64,000 nucleotides of DNA from Marsupella aquatica (GCA_973895155.1 OZ316899.1:4715241-4779240), one strand, 5' to 3'; numbered from the stretch's first letter, positions 1 to 14,195 are shown. Made by a program: numbers and translations. The notes: generated from the letters alone by a model not told the origin.

Positions 1-3000
1 TCAATTATGTGAGCAAGTTGCAAGGCGGAATCAATGTTAGATATGGTTGAAGCGTCATCTGGGTTAGATAGGTAGTTGGCATCCACAGAGCCTATTAGGA
101 TATTGGGCATATTCTTTGGGAAATAAAGTCCCAAATCAATGGTTCCTAGCAGGTATCTGAATATGTGCTTAATATTGTTCCAGTGTCGGATTGTTGGCTG
201 TGAGCTGTGGCGAGCAAGCAGGCTAACCGCAAAGGAAATGTTGGGGCATGTCTGGTTGGCAAGGTAAGGTTTCTCCGGTCCCATAACTAATTTGGTCTCC
301 ATGCATTTCTTGAACATGTCCTTAAGTGGATCTAGGGATCGTAGTTTCATCGGTGTACTGACAGGGTGGGCATGTTGCATATTGAATTGCTTGATTATCT
401 TCTTGGTGTATGTGGATTGGTTGATCAGTATCCCGTTAGGTAGGCAATGGAATTGTACTCTAAGCCAGTAGTTAGGTGCTTCAAGGTCTTTCATTTCAAA
501 AACTCCTTTCAATGTCTTGATTGTCTATGTTGTGAGTTTTGGAGTGCCAAATATGTTGATGTCGTCAACATATATGGCAAGTATGGCAAATATGGTGCTG
601 ATTTGCTAAATAAATAGGCAGGGGGCTATATGTTTGTTGGTGAAGTTCAGAGCTAGCATTTCCGCTTTGAATCGTTTGAACCTGCTTTAGCTCTGTTTAA
701 GTCCATATAAAGAGCGTAATACCTGTACAGCAAAAGCCTTCTGGACTTTTGTTTTTGTAGTATTTTTCTGTATGCTTAGATTGGTAGTAGGCCAATTTTT
801 TACTTCAGTTGAGGGGGTAGCGAGGATCATCAGTTATCAATGGCTGATAACTGTTATTAGTTATCAGTTTTACCGCCTTGAAATTTCTGAATCTCAGCTG
901 AGGAGCTGAGATAGGGCCTTTGCACTTTTGCGCATCTCAGCTGGGCAGCTGAGATTGACTCAATTTCAACTGACCTTGCCGAGAGCGGCGTAAGGACAAA
1001 AAAAATTCCCTCTCTTTTTTGGAAAAATTCAAACAAAAAAAATTTAAAAAGTTTTTTTTCTCCATCAAGTTGCTAGAAAAAAACTCTTTTTTTGTTGCAT
1101 TTTTTCAGCGCCCCAACTTGGCGGCCTCTCTGAGATGACATGACGACTGATATCAGGTCAACTGATGGAAAACACTGATAACTGATGATGTAACTTTACT
1201 CTTTTGTTGAGTGTAGTGCATATTTTTGTTGTTGGACTGAAGGTCCATTCGATGTCTCCAGGATTTGTCTAGTAGGGGCAATGTGGATAGGTCTGGCATT
1301 TTGTTTGGCAGTAGGTTGTTTAGGGTCCTTTGGTGTGTGTAGCACACTGGGACTCTCTTATGGGCTGAAGGTCCATCTTGAATAATTTGCTTGATGTCTG
1401 GTAACAAGTCTGGGGCTAATGTGTGGGCTCTCTCCTCCTGATATGGAAATCCACTCTCTAGAGTAATTTGGGGGGTGCCTTTATATAAATTTTTACCATA
1501 GGGGTATGCAATGACCACGTCCATGAGATGCATGACGAGGTTGTGGGTTAAAGTGAAGGCAATCATATATCTATAGGTAATGGTGTCCATGACAGGGGAA
1601 TAGGTGAGGTCCTAATCACATCCGTGGATCTGGGTATAGCCCTTTGCAACCAGGAGGGCTTTATATTTATTGACTTTGCTTATGGCGTTCCTCGTTCTTA
1701 CAAAGATGAACTTGTAGCCTGTGAAGTTTGTATTTGGTAATATAGGGATTATCTTTTTGAAGACTTGTCTTTTAATAAGTGAGTCCAATTTGGAGTTGAT
1801 GGCAGCTTCCCACTGTGGCCAGTCGTCTCTTTTTTGTGCTTCAAGAACTGTAAGTGGATCTGGTGCTTCCTTTGTAATTTCTTGTGAGATTACGAATGCA
1901 AATTGGTCATTTATTTTGGTGTTATCTTGAGGCCAGGTTCTTCCTGTGTGCATGTATTGGATGGATATCTCTTCATTGTCTCTATTGGGTGTTGGTTTGG
2001 TGGGGTAGGTATATCGCTATAACTATTTGTTTTTGTCGTGGGCAAGTATCTTTGGCTCCAGGTGGGCGGCCTCATTTAGCTGTCAGTGCAGTATTTTTGG
2101 CTCTGCCATTGGTCATGATAAGGCAAGCTAGGGCGTTGGCCGCCTCTGTGTGTGATCGGGTGATTGTTGCGGCATCATTGAATGCTTTGGGTAAGATTTT
2201 CATCATGTGTGTCAAGTGAAGGATCCTCTGTACCTCTTGATCTGTTTGTTTGGTACTGGGTCATTCCAGAAAAGGGTCTATAGCTGCCATGATTGTAATT
2301 GTGGTTCCTTTGCTGATCCTGTTGGGTGTTTGGCAATGTCCAGTCGTGGGAAAGTGTCTTCAAAAAAGTGGCAATCCTGGAATCTTGCCTTGAATACGTC
2401 ACCGGTTGAAGGTTCCAAAAATTTGGATGATAGATGGGGAATTGCGTCCAAGGTATATCCCCTTTCTTCTTTGTGGGCCCATCTTTGTGCGTTTAGGGCC
2501 AAGAATTGGAACAAGTACTTGGCATCCAAATGTTCGGAGGTGCAATATGTCCGGAGGTAGGCCAAATGCTAGGTGGTGTGGGTTTGTTGGTTGAACACTG
2601 AGGGTCTATACTTGAGTAGGGATGCAGCATGTAGTATAGCATGTCCCCAAGCCAAGGTTGGTAGTTGTGTTTGCATTAGCTATCATTTGGAGTCTTTTTA
2701 TAATTGATTCCGCCACTCCATTTTGGAAATGTACATAGGGCATAGGGTATTGCATGTTGATGCCTATTGTTGAGCAGAAGTCATCAAATGGTCTTGATGT
2801 GAATTCCCCTGCATTATGCGCTCTTAAGATGTTGATAATGTTCTCTGGGAACTAAGCTTTAAGTTTTAGAATGTGTACCAGTATACGGGGGAAGACTAGG
2901 TTCCGCGTAGAGATTAGGGATACTTGGGACCATTTAGTTGATGAGTCTATGATTGCCAAGAAGAAACAAAAGGGTTTGCTAGGTGGGTTGATGGGGCTGC

Positions 3001-3900
3001 AGACATCTGCATCCAGTTGTTCAAGGAAATTTTGTATGGTTGGGGCTGTTTTGGAGATTGTTGGGCGGATCACTAGTTTGCCTTGTGAGCAAGCAATGCA
3101 AGGTTGTGTGATAGAGAGCGGATGGTCTGACGCCCTTGGGGATGCCAATGTGTCCTGAATGATTCTATAGTAATATTAGTTCCTAGGTGTCCTAGTTGAT
3201 TGTGCCAAGTTTTGGTGAGTGTTAGTGTATTCACTATTGTGTGGAATGAGTGTATCCATGTCACATATATTCCAGGGGGGCATATAGGCAGGGTCTCTTT
3301 GATTATCATTCTAGTAGTAGTCTTCTCTAGGATATGGAGGGATTCATCTGGCTGTCTTGTGGCTGTACTTATGTGTAGGTTGTTGGCCCGGATGTCCTTG
3401 AAGCTTAAGAGGTTTCATGTGACGTAGGGTGCATATATGGCAGATTGAATGTTTATCAGTGTGCCCATGGGCAGTATCACGGTTGCAGGGTCGTGACCAC
3501 TTTCAATGTAGTTTTTGCCTGTATTTGTGGTCATGGCTCTTACGGTGTTATGTGTTTAAAATATTTCCGCTCCCATAGGATTGCGTGTGAGGTCCCGCTG
3601 TCTATGATGCATGTTATAATGGCTTCTAATGGGGCTGTCTCGCTTCCAAGGGTGGTCATGTGAGTTTCAGGTGGGGGTGGAGCGTCTCTATATTGGGCAA
3701 TATTTTCTTCTAATTTGAGGTAATTTCCCTGTTCTGTAGTGTACTCAGGGTTGAGGCTTTGTTGGTATAATTGAACATGGTGGGATGGTGCTCTGCATTC
3801 TTTCCTTAGGTACCCTTAGTGCCAAATCTGAAGCATTGAGGAGGGTTGGTAGACTTATTTGTGATTGGGATTCTGTTACCTTGGCCACGTCCACATCCCT
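1..3900 (-). mobile_element. Degenerate Ty1/Copia LTR retrotransposon gag-pol fragment (runs off left edge)
   Basis: Minus-strand fragments occur in Copia order. Zn-knuckle-like QCFRF at ~3830; protease CIIDSGTSH at ~3600; GAG-pre-integrase WHNQLGH and CIACSQGK; integrase (IIDSSTKWSQV); RT N-terminus (YKALLVAKGYTQIHG, 1612-1953); further RT motifs at 1-760. Many stops and frameshifts. Confidence 0.9.
826..1189. mobile_element. MITE-like insertion with 14-bp terminal inverted repeats inside the Copia RT
   Basis: ATCATCAGTTATCA at 826-839 and its reverse complement TGATAACTGATGAT at 1176-1189. The interior is non-coding with A/T runs and interrupts the RT region. Confidence 0.6.
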
Positions 3901-4911
3901 GTCCTCTCGTGCATTCATGCGTGCGGGTTGGAGTCCAGGTTAGGGGCCAAATATAGGGGACCAAAGGCGTCCTGGAGGTGACAGGTCTCCAAAAGCATAT
4001 ATGAGGGGAGTGGTGTCTCCTTGGGGGCCAAGGGCGAGCCCAAGTCATGAATCGTGGCGGTCATGACACCAGGAGGAAACGCCAAACAAAACCGCAATAA
4101 CTTCTCAACTGGAAGTCCATTGGGGGACTTCTTGGATGCATTGGAAATCTCTCAAGGAGTACTTCATCCTCTTGATCTAATTTGGGTCTAGGGTTTCCAT
4201 GGATTCTTGGGGTTTGTGGGGGCTAGCTTGCCTGCTTGCCAAATCCTGTTGAAATAGCATCCAAGTTGTGTTCAATTTCCCATGGGAGCTTGCATTGGGG
4301 AGGCAAAGAAAAGTAGGTATGGAGGTTGAGTTCCAAGTGCACTTGAACTCTAGACTATGAAGTTGAGCAAGAACCTTGGAGTTGGTTGCCAAAGTTGGGG
4401 CCAATCTGGTCCCGACATTTTAGGACAAGCTTTGGGACAAGCGAAGCTATTTGGGCCACGAGCATGTCCTGGGGGTAGGGCAGTCAGCTAGTGACGGAAA
4501 GAAAGTGGAGAAGCATGGGCGGCACCCAAATGAACAATGGGTGTTGGCTTTTTCTCTGGCTTATGACAAGGCCATGCGGGTCCAAGAGGATCTATTCGTT
4601 GACCTACTTACCAATGTCTGTTGAGCTTGAAGTTAGGATGCTAGTGTAGGAGGGCCTAGATCCTACAGGTTACTCACCAAGGTGTTTGGTTTCTTGTGCA
4701 GACGGGGAGGACCATTGAGCAACAATTGTGTTACTATAGGGCGCAAGTGCGGCTTTGTATGGGAGTTGTCATTGAAGGTGCAAGAGGTACCAAGTTGTTT
4801 GCTTAAGCAATTCTGTATAGGCGTTTGGGCACCAAGGGCACTTAGGCAAGGGTGTTCCAATCATGCTGGATTTCCTCTCTTTCCACAAGTTGTTTTCTGC
4901 AAGTGTGGCCA

Positions 4912-5100
4912 TGTGTGCTGGTTTGCAACTCACGGTGTTTTGAAGGTCTCAGTCTAGCTTTAGCTTGGTGGCGGCAGACTCATAGTGGGCAGGTCATAGT
5001 TTCAAGCCGTGTGCTGGTTTGCAAAGGTGATTTGAGGGTCTCAGTTTGGTTTGAGCTTGGTGGCAGTTGACTCACTCTTGGAAGGTTGTACTTTCAAGCA
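4912..5100. repeat. Two-copy diverged ~95-bp tandem duplication
   Basis: tgtgctggtttgcaa...ggtctcagt...agcttggtggc...tttcaagc occurs at ~4912 and again at ~5010. Confidence 0.6.
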
Positions 5101-5405
5101 ATGTCCTATCTCCAAGGTTAGATCTCTTGTTAAGTGCATTTCTACATGATTTGAATCTATGTTGCAAGCTCAACATTAATTATCTGGCAAAATTTTCTCT
5201 TGGAGGGGTTTGTCAAGATGTATAGTTATTGTCAACTAATTCTTGATTGGTTTCTAATGTAATCTTAGATCAAAATGGTGAAGAGGAAAGACTCTGCCTG
5301 AATAGGACCAATTGGTAGCACAACTTCTCAACGGAGTAAGAAACAATGGTCTACATCCCTTTGCCAATGACATCTTGACTAATACGCTCACAAGGTGGTC
5401 CTCTT

Positions 5406-5960
5406 GTGGAGTCAGTGGACTCAAGGAGAAAGTTTGAGCCAAAGCAGATATTTTTTAAGCCAATTGGAGTAGCAAAATTACCCAATATTGCAAAGAAGGG
5501 ATCTTGGGAGTCAATTGTCTCCAAGTATGAGATGAAGTTTGAAAAGGGTCCTCCCCAAATCCCCTTGCGCCGGCTCATGCCAATGGAGGCCATGAGGAAT
5601 CTTCATGACAAGTCAATGACCAAACTAAAGAAAGGATTTAGAGAGAGCGGCTATGTTGTAAAGCTCAATGAGTTTCACATCACTAAGTTCAATGAAGTCA
5701 AGGAGACAAGGAGTTTAAGCCCTATTGGGACTTGTTGTGGACCACAATCAATGAGCAATTTGAGCAAGAGTGCAATGCGTCAGAGGACTTCAAAATCCTC
5801 AAGGACATGATGTTTTGGGTTTTTGATAGAAACCGTAGGTCACAACTTGGTATGTAGTTGTAGAGGAGTATCCAGATCAATCACAATACCATCTATGTGT
5901 CAAATTCTCTATTATAAATCACTGGTGCATATTAAGCTCATTTCCAACGCTCAATTTTTG
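5406..5960 (+). pseudogene. Decayed ParB/Srx-like domain gene, paralog of the gene at 58390-59150
   Basis: Across frameshifts it reads PPQIPLRRLMPMEAMRNL..MTKLKKGFRESGY, DMMFWVFDRNRR and TWYVVVEEYPDQSQYHLCV. These align by eye to PPRIPLCRLIHMEVVRML..IEKLKNSFRSSGY, DKMFSVFDGNHRL and SWTMVTKENPDNVKYHPRV. Confidence 0.75.
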
Positions 5961-8592
5961 CAAACAATTGGCATCCCATTCTCCTGGAGTTGGAAAATCC
6001 AATTATCACATAATGGTAAAATGGCATACTCTTGGTTTGGATATAGTCTTTTCCGATTTAAATAAAAGTGTAACCCTTGCCAATGCATTAGAAAATGGAT
6101 CATATCCACTATGAAATACACTGGATCCCTCAAATAAGTTTCATTGATAGGTCTGATGTTGTTTGCAACGGAAACAATGTGCATTACAATATTGATTGGA
6201 AAGGGGTCATAATTGATCATAATGGATATTATATCCAACTAGCCCCATGCCTATGCGTTGCACAGAAGATGTCAAGGTGAAGAAAAGATCTTGAAGTGAA
6301 ACAGATGTGGAGGTGAGGAAAAGAAGTCAAGGTGACGAGAACAAATGTCGAGGGGAGAAAATGATGTTGAGGACTGCAAAAGCAGTCGAGGGGAGAAAAT
6401 ATATGGAGGGGAGAAAAGATGTCAAGCTGAGAAAAAAACTTCAAGCTAATTAAAGGATGCCAAGGCAAGAAAACAATGTTGAGGTTAAGAAAAGATGTTG
6501 AGGAGAGAAAAAATGTTGTGATGAGAGGAGAATATCGACTGAAGGTGAGAAAAAGATGGCGAGATAAAAAATATATGTCAAGGCAAGGCAAGAAAATATA
6601 GATTTTAATTGCAATTAATGTAATTATTGAGACATGTTATGTGTGATTGTACCCAAGCAGTTGTTGTGGTTGTGTTCAATACTTGTACATTGCAAAAAAT
6701 ATGTCATTGCATAATAGATGTCCAAGTCAAAAAATTATTGTTGCAAAAGTGATACGGAAGATAGGCGATGACAATATAAGCAAGCACATTCACACAACCC
6801 TAGGTGGAGGGTGACATTCCCCCTCCTCCTCATGGCCTCATCTTCCCATTTCTCTTGGGCTGCCTCTCCCTTATTGCCCCCTTCCTTAAAAAAAGCAAGG
6901 GTGTTCCTTTCCTCCTCTTTTCTCTCTTATTGCCTTATTATTATTTTCTTTATTTTCCCTTCCTTTGCTCCATTGTGTCTCATCCCCTATCTTGTACTTA
7001 TGGGAGGGTATGATACTATTCATCCCTTCATCCATGGGTGAATCATTAATTCCCCTCCCTACTTTGAACTCTATGTCTCCCCCAATTTCTCCTAGTCTCT
7101 ATCCCCTCATAATGGTGTCCCAAGTGCCCCCATTCCAATGACAGCACATGGCACTCACATAGAGAGTATGCCATCATTCCCCTTTTAGAGAATATTTGTG
7201 AATACCAAAATACTTTGTCTTGTTTGCTTTGGGTTAGGAAGATTTTTTTTATTAATCAAAGGCTGGGATAAAAGAGGTTATAAAATCCATGGAATGTCCC
7301 CTCCAAAAGTGATTTTGTAAACGGATGACCCGTCACATTTGGTGGGATAGGGTATTCTAGTAGTAAGATTGTGGTAAAATGGGAAATTTCGATGCTGATA
7401 GAATAGGAAAGTCCAGTGCTAGTAGAATGACAAATTTTGATTGTGGTAAACTAACAAGTTCTAATTATGTTAGATGGGCATGTAGGACTTGCACCGACAT
7501 ACTCACCCCAAAAGAGGATATAATCACTCTTGCATGCCTGAATGACTTCATACCTTCTTCTTCTCTTTTATCGCTAAGAATATTGGCAAAAATCCCCTTA
7601 TAAGCACAGTTGCATGGTGCACCCTCCAAGTGACTCTTGGATTCAATAGACCCATACTTTGAGATGCACTCTATCCTCTAGGTAGAAAATTACTTTCTGG
7701 AGAATTGAGAAAACAAGAAAGCCATACTTTCTCACATTCATTGTGATTGAATTTATTCTTGAACCACCACTACAATACTAGGGTAACTACCAAACAATGA
7801 CGGATAGAATCATTGCTGCCCTTCTATCACGATTGACTCCTCAGCTGTTATCAATGAGGGAACATCTAATACTAAAATCCAACAGCAGTTGTGGGCTTAC
7901 TTGCAAGTGCCTGAGTTCCTTCTCTAACATTGTTCTTGAATCGATTGGCAAGTGCCAATTGAAAGGTGGCACATGCGTCTTGTGTGACATGGGCAGCGTG
8001 TCACTTAACATGATACAAACATCAGATTAGGATGTATCACGGTCATTAGGACCATATCCATATAGTTAGGATGGTACGAAGAGTAGTTTTTGCAATTATG
8101 ATTAGACTAGGAATAGGTTAGTCAACTTAATGAGTACTGATTACAATGCGCACTATTATGATTGTCCGCTATACTGTGGCAGTGGCGGAGTAAAAGTTTG
8201 TTATGGCGAATCATGCTTGACCAAGACAATCAACTTCAATCAAGGGATGGCAGCTAACGGCCTCTAATACCCTCACGCCCAAGCTTGCCCAAGAGCCCCC
8301 ATAAGAGCCCAGTTGGTGGCGCGGCAGTCCATTTGCCCCTTCACGCCTCATCAATTGAACATCGTCATTTTCTCTTGCGCATCAGCCACATTTGATCAAG
8401 CTTGCTTTTATCAAAGGAAATCAAAGGTTACATGCACATTGTGAAGGAATTTAGTCAGGGCAGTGCACCAAGACAAGTGGAGTTCTTCACAAGAGATTGT
8501 GGACCTATGGTGCTAAGATATTTAAGGGGTAAGGGCAGCAGACTTAATCAAGAGGACGACAAAGGTTAGTATGCCCTTACTGCTCTTGGTTT

Positions 8593-11500
8593 CTAGACTT
8601 TGAAGCTCATTGAAAGCTCTTTGAAATGTATTGGTACTCTTGCCTTTAGAAGGCCTCCTACAAACCAAAGTACGCAAAATTGGTGATCAAGGTAGCGCAG
8701 ATTAACTACAAGAAGGCAACGCTCACCAAGGACTGAAACTACAACGACTTGCGAGACTACATTACCAAGTTGTACATCAACAAAGAAAGATTCAGATCGG
8801 TAGTTGAGGCGATTCTCAAAGTCCCCGCAAAGTACTTTAGGTTGAAGGGCAACCAGAAGCTGACTCAAGCGGAGTTTGACAAGATTCCGGGTTACATTGA
8901 CCAGCAAATTGCGGCCGAGAAGCGGGAGGAGGACATCAATAGTCAGGGGGAAGTAGCACACAATCTAATATTTCTTGGGGAAAGCTCCAACGCCTTTAAT
9001 TGGGATATGGCTACTCCGCCCGTGCCTGCTGCCACTAGACCTATTGTTCCGGCCAAGCGCATACAACAAGCCAGGCCCAATTAGTATGTCCAATTAACAA
9101 CATTGAGTGTTTGTTGGACTCGGGTGGAAATGTTAGTCCATGACTAGAGCAACGCTGAAGGAAGCGGACTAGGACGACGCCCGGCCCAAAACCAACTATG
9201 CGGACTGTGATGCCTAGCCAGGAATCACTAGGCCAGTTTAAATGGTAAAATCAGGAGTGTACCCTGGGAACACATTAGTATAATAACAAAAACAAGGAAA
9301 ATATAAACAATTATGGGTGACTATGGAACCCGAGCCGAGGCCGGAAGTAAGGACGCTGGGGGAGGGAACACGATTAGGGTTAGGGCGCGCTAAGTGTCGG
9401 CAGCTATGGGTAACCAACGGGAAGGAAGACCAGGCAAGGGGGGGTAAGGACCAATCGCAAGGAATGGTGGCTCATTTGCAAGCACAAACTAAGCAAGACG
9501 ACTACGGGAGGCCAACTACTATCAACTGCTTAGGCGAGCACTCGGGGTGGGAGCAGATATTGACTATCAACTCAAGAAGGGTATGAGCAACGTCAATCAA
9601 GCTGCTCATTTTTGGGGATGCTTGTTTGAATGGGCAACTGAGTACATTGGGACCTACAAAGACAAAGAATTGGAGAGAGCAACTCAAGAACGGCAGGAGC
9701 TCGCTCAACTATGGGAGCTGCAGAAGTCTGCTCTCTTAGGAGGAGAACTCATCAAGGCTGAATTCCTGTGGACACCTACTGGCAACGAGCTAGACGACCT
9801 TCTATTTTGCGAGAACATAATTGTCGGCATCCGGGAAGCCATCAACCGCTGCAACGACATACACTGGGAGTTGAAGGGTAGCACGGAGGGGTGGACGAAG
9901 GCAACTGTGCTCAGAGAAACATCCACAGCAGCCGCTATGAAGAGGAAAGGGAACAACAACAAAGAGGCCACCCCTGCAAAAAGAACGAGGTCGGCGGCAC
10001 CTAGGAAGCCAGCCGAGTAGGGAAGCAAGAGGCAGGGAGAAGGTGAAGAAGAGGAGGTCGATCCCATCAATGTCGTTCCAACAAGAGATGACACCTGGAA
10101 AGGCTGGGCGGCGACCCTCCCCGAGGAAGTGCAATTACACTTTGCACGTGAAGAGGATGCATGCTTTATGGCTATGCAGACTCGGAAGTACCAGGGCTTC
10201 ATGGTCGGATCCGACTTGGAAGCCTTTGTGAAATTACCATGGCTGAAGCCGGAGATGCCGGATTCAGACTTATTAGAATTCATGGGATCATGGGAGCCCG
10301 AGACCAATTCCACAAGGGTGTATGGGAAGGATTTCTATCTCACTCCCCGGTGATTGCCGAAGTGTTTGGCTTGCCAATAGGCAATAAGACCAAAGTAGAT
10401 ACCAAGAAGACCTTGCCAGACAAAGAGTTCCGGTCGTTCCCAGGGCCATCAACAAAGAATTGCTTCTTCCGAAACACCTGCACCAACCCGCACATCAGAG
10501 AGATGATCAATTTCTTGCAGGTAACCATGCATTGCAACTTGCCAAGGCCAGAGATCGGCAAGACACAGGTCTACCTGGCAAAGAGGCCAGACCCAAGCCG
10601 GGACTACAACGGGTACCTCCTCACCCAACTGAAGAAGATCTTGAAGGAGGAATAGCAGGTGATCGGCATGGGAAGCGTATCCCGACTTGGCTATCACATG
10701 CCGCTGTTGTGCCGGTATGCCCAAAGTCAGATCTTTGCCCCGGTACTTCCCTTGTAGGCAAGGGCACCACAGGAGGTTCCGGAACAGAGGTCAGCAGCAG
10801 AGAAACCCTACCAGCCCGACACTCCTACAATCAAGCAGGTGTTTAGGCCAAGGACAAAAGACTTGCCGATGCAGCAACCAGGCATGCAGAATCTATTGAA
10901 ATTGCTGGAGAAGGAAAAGAGAACGGCAATGGCAACGGCAACGGCAATGGCACCGATACAGAACACTGCTCCAGAAGTTGGCCTTAGCCGACTTACAAGG
11001 GAAAACCCCTTTACCGGAGCCAAGCAGAGAAGGAGGCCGGAACACGAGCCAGGGATTCAAATGTATGTGGGAGCCTCAAGCCCCAAATCCGAGGGAGAGC
11101 AGCCTAAAGCTCATGTTCATGGTAAACAGAGGGAGAAGACAGCCTGGAAGCCAGAGGAGGAACCAAGACCCATGAGCTGTGAGGCCGTGTTCACAGCAAG
11201 ACCAGGGGAACAGTGGGGGGAGCCGGTAGTCCAAGCCGCGGAGGAGGCGGTGGAGGACTATGGCAATGATAACTCCGGCTACGGGGACCTGTGGCCGGTT
11301 CATCCCCACGCTTCCAAGAGTAGTTTGAGGGGACCCCACCCAACAGAACATCCTCGAGTCTCCCCCACCAGATGTCGCCCCTCCGAGCTTTGACAAAATA
11401 AAACAGACGGCACAGGAGTTTCAGGAGCGACTCAAGGAAGAAGAGGAGGCAGCCCTGGCTAGGGAGAAGGATTTACCTAGGGGAGAATGGCCAGAGGACA

Positions 11501-12656
11501 TCCGACAGCTTGCAAAAAGACGGGGCAGCCCTCCAGCCACGATAGAAGAAATACGGAAGCCGGCTTGGGAACAAAGGCCGCGGTGGTTGATGCCGATGAC
11601 TTCTACTCACTCCACCTATGCTAAAGAAAGAGCCATAGAGTACAGGGAGATGTGTGGGGAACTTGCGCTCAGCATCTTTGGGGAGGAGTTGGAGCAGGGA
11701 CCCAGAGGAGGGAGAGAGCGTTGAAGGGGGAGCTCGAGGATATCCGCGGAGCCCTTGAGCAGAAGGAGGTCGAGTTAGGGAAATCCTATCAAGGGATTAT
11801 TGTGCTGCAGCAGGAGCTTGCATCCCTGACGGCTAGCTTCAAGGCCGACCTGCATGAGAAAGACGACCAACTCAATCAGACTTATGCCAAGATGAATAAA
11901 ATGGAGTTTGAGGTCGTAACGAAGCTCGACAAGGAGCTAAGAGCAACCCAGGAGGAGAGGGCTACCTTAAAGAAGGAACTGGAGGAAGCCCAGAAGGAAT
12001 TGGAGGAAGCCCAAAAGGAGCTGGAGGAGGCGCGAAAGGACCTGGACAAAACACAGGAGGAGTTGGAAGAAAGCACAAGGAAGATGGAGAACTTACAGTG
12101 GCGGGCCGACAACCAAACGGAGCGGCTAAAGAAACAAGCCGCAGTATTTAAGTGCTTTGCTTCATCAGTTCCAACTCCAATTGGGGCAACCAAGTTGCCA
12201 AGAGTAGTATTGGCCAAAGGACAAGCTGCGACACTTGCACCAGTGTCGGAGATAAGTGGCAAGGGGAAGGAACCGGCTACCAAAACAGGGAAGAAGAAGA
12301 AGCGGAAACCTTCTGGGTCAGGCAATAATGCGGCTTCTCAAGCCGTCGTGACCAAGGAGGTAAACCCGACACCAACCTCAGGCAGGGTCACGACAAAGGA
12401 TCCACAACTAGAAGGCGGGGATGGCAAGGTCAAAGCCGGAACAATCAATGATGAAGCCGGTGTGCCGGATCCACCACTAGAGCAGGCCGGGGAAGCCGTG
12501 GCCGATGCTGAGACCAAAGCCAAGCGTGGACCTAGTCAGGCCGATGGAGAGTTGACTCGGTCCGAGGCAGGTAATCTGTCAGAGGACGGACCTACGGTAG
12601 TGGTTGCGGAGGAAGCATTGGGGGCGTCCATTGAGGATCAACCACCGCTACCATGA
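8593..12656 (+). mobile_element. LTR-retroelement-associated accessory ORF region, copy A (plant transposon protein-like domain + coiled coil), degenerate
   Basis: 10129-10655 reads LEAFVKLPW..LLEFMGSW..VIAEVFGLP..NCF..TC.NP.IREMINFLQ, homologous to copies B and C. A heptad coiled coil lies in 11652-12656 with 21-bp tandem units (KELEEAQ x3, ~11971-12040). Element boundaries are not resolved. Confidence 0.6.
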
Positions 12657-14154
12657 CGGTGGTGGAGGGCCGCTCCTTTTAAGGAGGGCGGCGTGGAGGG
12701 AGGAGGCGTGAGTGGGCAGGGCGGGCTCAGATCTCCAAGTTTAGAATTAGGATCAAGACCAAGAGGCGGCCCTGACACTTAGATTAGTGGGATTGCAGAT
12801 CCACTGGTAAGAGCAACACTTGTGCTCCTGCCTCGTTGTACATAGGTAGATTATAGATAGGATAGATTAGGCTTACGCTACAAGGAATTAGGCAGATCCA
12901 CTGCCAAGATAAGTACCTGGGCAACGGGGAGTTCAGGGCCTTCTTCTTTAGCAAGTTTTTAGTGCACCAACAGGGTTGGGATCAAGTAGTAAAAGAAGCT
13001 CTTGGTTAGTTATACAATGACCCTTGTGTATATTCATGTTTCCTCATGCCTAAGAGTTAAATAGAGTTAGCCTCACGGCTTAGTTCGCAGACCTTGTGTA
13101 TGAAAAGTACTGTTTGTATGGCAAGTGCATGGTATAACTCAGTCAGAAGGAGTCGTTTTGCTATTTGTGTGTCGCATTAACTTGTTTGAAGATTGCCCAC
13201 ATCAACCAAGAGAAGGGATTAAGCAAGGTTGTAAGTGTTGGATGTGTCAAGCTGAGAGAGGTCTTAGCGGCTTACCCAAGCCAGTTGGGGATCATTCCGA
13301 CGTCGGAATCCAAACATACCTAAAGGAAGACCAGGAGAGGAGGACAAGGGAAGGCATAGAAGAGGCCGGCTACGTATCTCATGACCCGATGAAGGATCTG
13401 TCCAGTATATGTGTGTAAAATGTTAGTAGAGAGTTAGCTGCGTCCCATGCCGCTAAGCCGCGGAACCGACCTCGCCGAGAGCGAAACCTGTGGGAATCGG
13501 CTTGTGCAGGGGATTTCTTGGGTTTAGGGAGCCATGGGATGCACCACACGGACTACCCCCGCCTCCGTACCAGTTCTAGCCTTGGGCAACCCACCGCCAA
13601 TACCCACTCATGAAGGGGCCCTGCCACCCAATGGCCAAACTAGCTGCATGTAATCCGCATCCCTGAGGTGGTTTGGACTATGATCAAGAACCCATCACAC
13701 GCAAACTATCTCAAGGAGCATTGGTTGGAGAAATTTGCCCATTTAAACTGGGGGCCTACAGCCTTTGGGGAAAGGGAGGTGTACGATTTCATCTCCAATT
13801 TTGATATTGACACGCCTGCCACCAAGGTACTACGACAGACCCTGTCCCTCACGGAGTACCGGTTGGCATAGATCTTTTGTCTGCCAACCTAGCCGGTGTC
13901 AATCAAACTCTGGATTAGGGATAAGGAGTACACGCCCCAACACTTCAAGCCCGAGGGCAAAACGAACAATGGGTACAAGCAGGGTTCATGTACCAACCTG
14001 ACCTGTATGGAGCGGCTAAACTTCATACGGACTACCCTGCATATGATTGAACCTCGTTCCAAGATTTCCCTTTGCACGATTGTGCAGGTGGAGCAGTGCA
14101 AGCGGGCTAATTGGGCCCAATTCTTTAGCCACCAATTTTTGGGGCTAATTGGGA

Positions 14155-14195
14155 GTTTAGGGTTTAGGGTTTACGCTAAACCCTAAACCCTAAAC
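14155..14195. repeat. Head-to-head interstitial plant telomere repeats (hairpin)
   Basis: GTTTAGGGTTTAGGGTTTA-CGC-TAAACCCTAAACCCTAAAC forms a perfect 19-bp inverted repeat. Confidence 0.85.

Noticed and set aside
6229-7150. ORFs in GA-rich and CT-rich tracts
   Set aside because: Compositional artefacts of low-complexity sequence.
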